Shown: positions 62,982-64,000 of the stretch, piece by piece
How the letters are laid out: each line of letters starts with the position of its first letter
How positions within the stretch are numbered: the first letter of the stretch is position 1
Assembly: GCA_963710375.1 (NCBI GenBank)
Contig: CAVPZX010000002.1
Location: forward strand, 96,001-160,000
DNA length: 64,000 bases
Direction of reading: 5' to 3'
Origin: Nitrospirota bacterium
GTDB taxonomy: Bacteria; Nitrospirota; Thermodesulfovibrionia; Thermodesulfovibrionales; Dissulfurispiraceae
Made by a program: the position numbers and the translations under genes
The notes under the pieces: generated by a model
The model's database searches: none
Told to the model about the DNA's origin: nothing
Seen by the model: the letters and a program-made list of their open reading frames with translations, nothing else

Positions 62982-64000
62982 TCAGTATTCTATTACCCTC
63001 GGTGTAATAAATATAAGCAGTTCGTCTGTAGTCAACGTCTTGCTATTATGTTTGAACAGCTCTCCCAGAAGAGGTATTTTCGAAATCCCGGGAACGGCGT
63101 TCTGATTTTCCTGCTCGGTGCTTGTCAGGATTCCGCCCATAACAACAGTCTCTCCATCCTTTATGAGCACCTGCGTGGATGCCTCATTTGTAGTTATAGT
63201 CGGCTGGTTATTAACCTGCTGGGAGAAATCAGCTGCATCTTTGGTAATATGTATGTTCAGCAGAATGCTCTTATCAGGACCGACATGAGGTGTTACAGTG
63301 AGACTAAGGTCTGCATCAATATACTGGATGCTGATACCTGTGTTGGCGGATGAGGATTGATACGGAATCTTTGCCCCCGTCTTGATCAATGCCTGTTCAT
63401 TATCTACAGTCATGACCTTCGGATTGGAAATAATCCTTCCTCTGCCGCTGGATTCCAAGGCGGATATTCTCAAGTCCAGACCGAGGGTCCTCGCGGCATT
63501 AAGATAGCCCAGGGTAAAAGCTCCGGTTGGCGCGCCCGAAGTGGGGAGACTGACAATTGTGGGGAAATAGGGGGTTGTGGCTGTACCGGTGCCTGTCGGG
63601 ACAGTAGTGACTACTTGGCCACCACTAATTCCAGTAGCTCCCGAAGAGGTAGAACCGACCAAATTAAAGGCCGACTTCGTGGCGGTCGGAGACCAAAAGC
63701 CGCCCCACTCGACGCCGAGCTCATAGTCATAATTCTTTGAAACCTCAACCATCCTGGCCTCGATAAGCACCTGCGGGGTCGGCTTATCGAGCGTCGCGAT
63801 AAGTTTCTGCACTTCGTCGAGACTCGAAGGAACGTCCCGAACAATTAAGGAGCGCGTCCTGGGGTCTGTGCTGATGTTGTCCTTCGCAACTAGCTTTGCA
63901 TTGACAATCGCGTCCTTTATTTTGTTGACATTGGCGTAGTTAACCAGAAAGACCTTTGTTTCGATATTTATCAGTTCCTTAGCAGCTGCGGCCTTCTGCT
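62982..64000 (-). CDS. pilQ: Type IV pilus secretin, C-terminal part (continues beyond the window)
   Basis: LDKPTPQVLIEARMVE, ISNPKVMT, LTVTPH, VPGISKIPLLGELFK, ELLIFITPR. Confidence 0.9.
   Translation of the reverse strand, partial: QKAAAAKELINIETKVFLVNYANVNKIKDAIVNAKLVAKDNISTDPRTRSLIVRDVPSSLDEVQKLIATLDKPTPQVLIEARMVEVSKNYDYELGVEWGGFWSPTATKSAFNLVGSTSSGATGISGGQVVTTVPTGTGTATTPYFPTIVSLPTSGAPTGAFTLGYLNAARTLGLDLRISALESSGRGRIISNPKVMTVDNEQALIKTGAKIPYQSSSANTGISIQYIDADLSLTVTPHVGPDKSILLNIHITKDAADFSQQVNNQPTITTNEASTQVLIKDGETVVMGGILTSTEQENQNAVPGISKIPLLGELFKHNSKTLTTDELLIFITPRVIEY

Overview
Bacterial chromosomal window; gene content and style suggest an anaerobic Gram-negative organism, possibly Nitrospirota/Thermodesulfovibrionia-like (inference). 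It starts with the 5' part of the dcw cluster (mraZ-rsmH-ftsL-ftsI-murE-murF) and ends in a partial pilQ. In between are housekeeping genes (bioF, gpsA, tupABC, mlaFED, xerD, Lon-like protease, rng, tadA, hypAB, larB/larE, ino1) and several stress modules. The most notable locus (about 42.5-49.1 kb) is a putative methionine-oxidation defence island. It encodes an MsrPQ-like Mo enzyme/cytochrome b pair, a YHS protein, a secreted protein that is 30% Met, an OmpR-type two-component system, and two genes broken in the ORF track by an in-frame TGA followed by a SECIS-like hairpin. These two are a selenocysteine MsrA (G-U-F-W-G) and an unannotated 101-aa exported mini-MsrA/HMA-like selenoprotein candidate. 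Two promoters of the island share a 4 x 11-bp repeat operator. Other signals are an HcpR-like regulon (identical 16-bp box at -41.5 upstream of hcp and of a ferredoxin gene), a DAC-fold protein with DGA/RHR motifs, two degenerate attC-like sites near a GC-rich katG, inverted short-tandem-repeat hairpins, a MITE-like element and many apparently leaderless genes. Six frameshifts are each explained by one extra base and are probably sequencing errors. No rRNA, tRNA or CRISPR array was recognised. All calls come from reading the sequence and recognising motifs; no searches were run.
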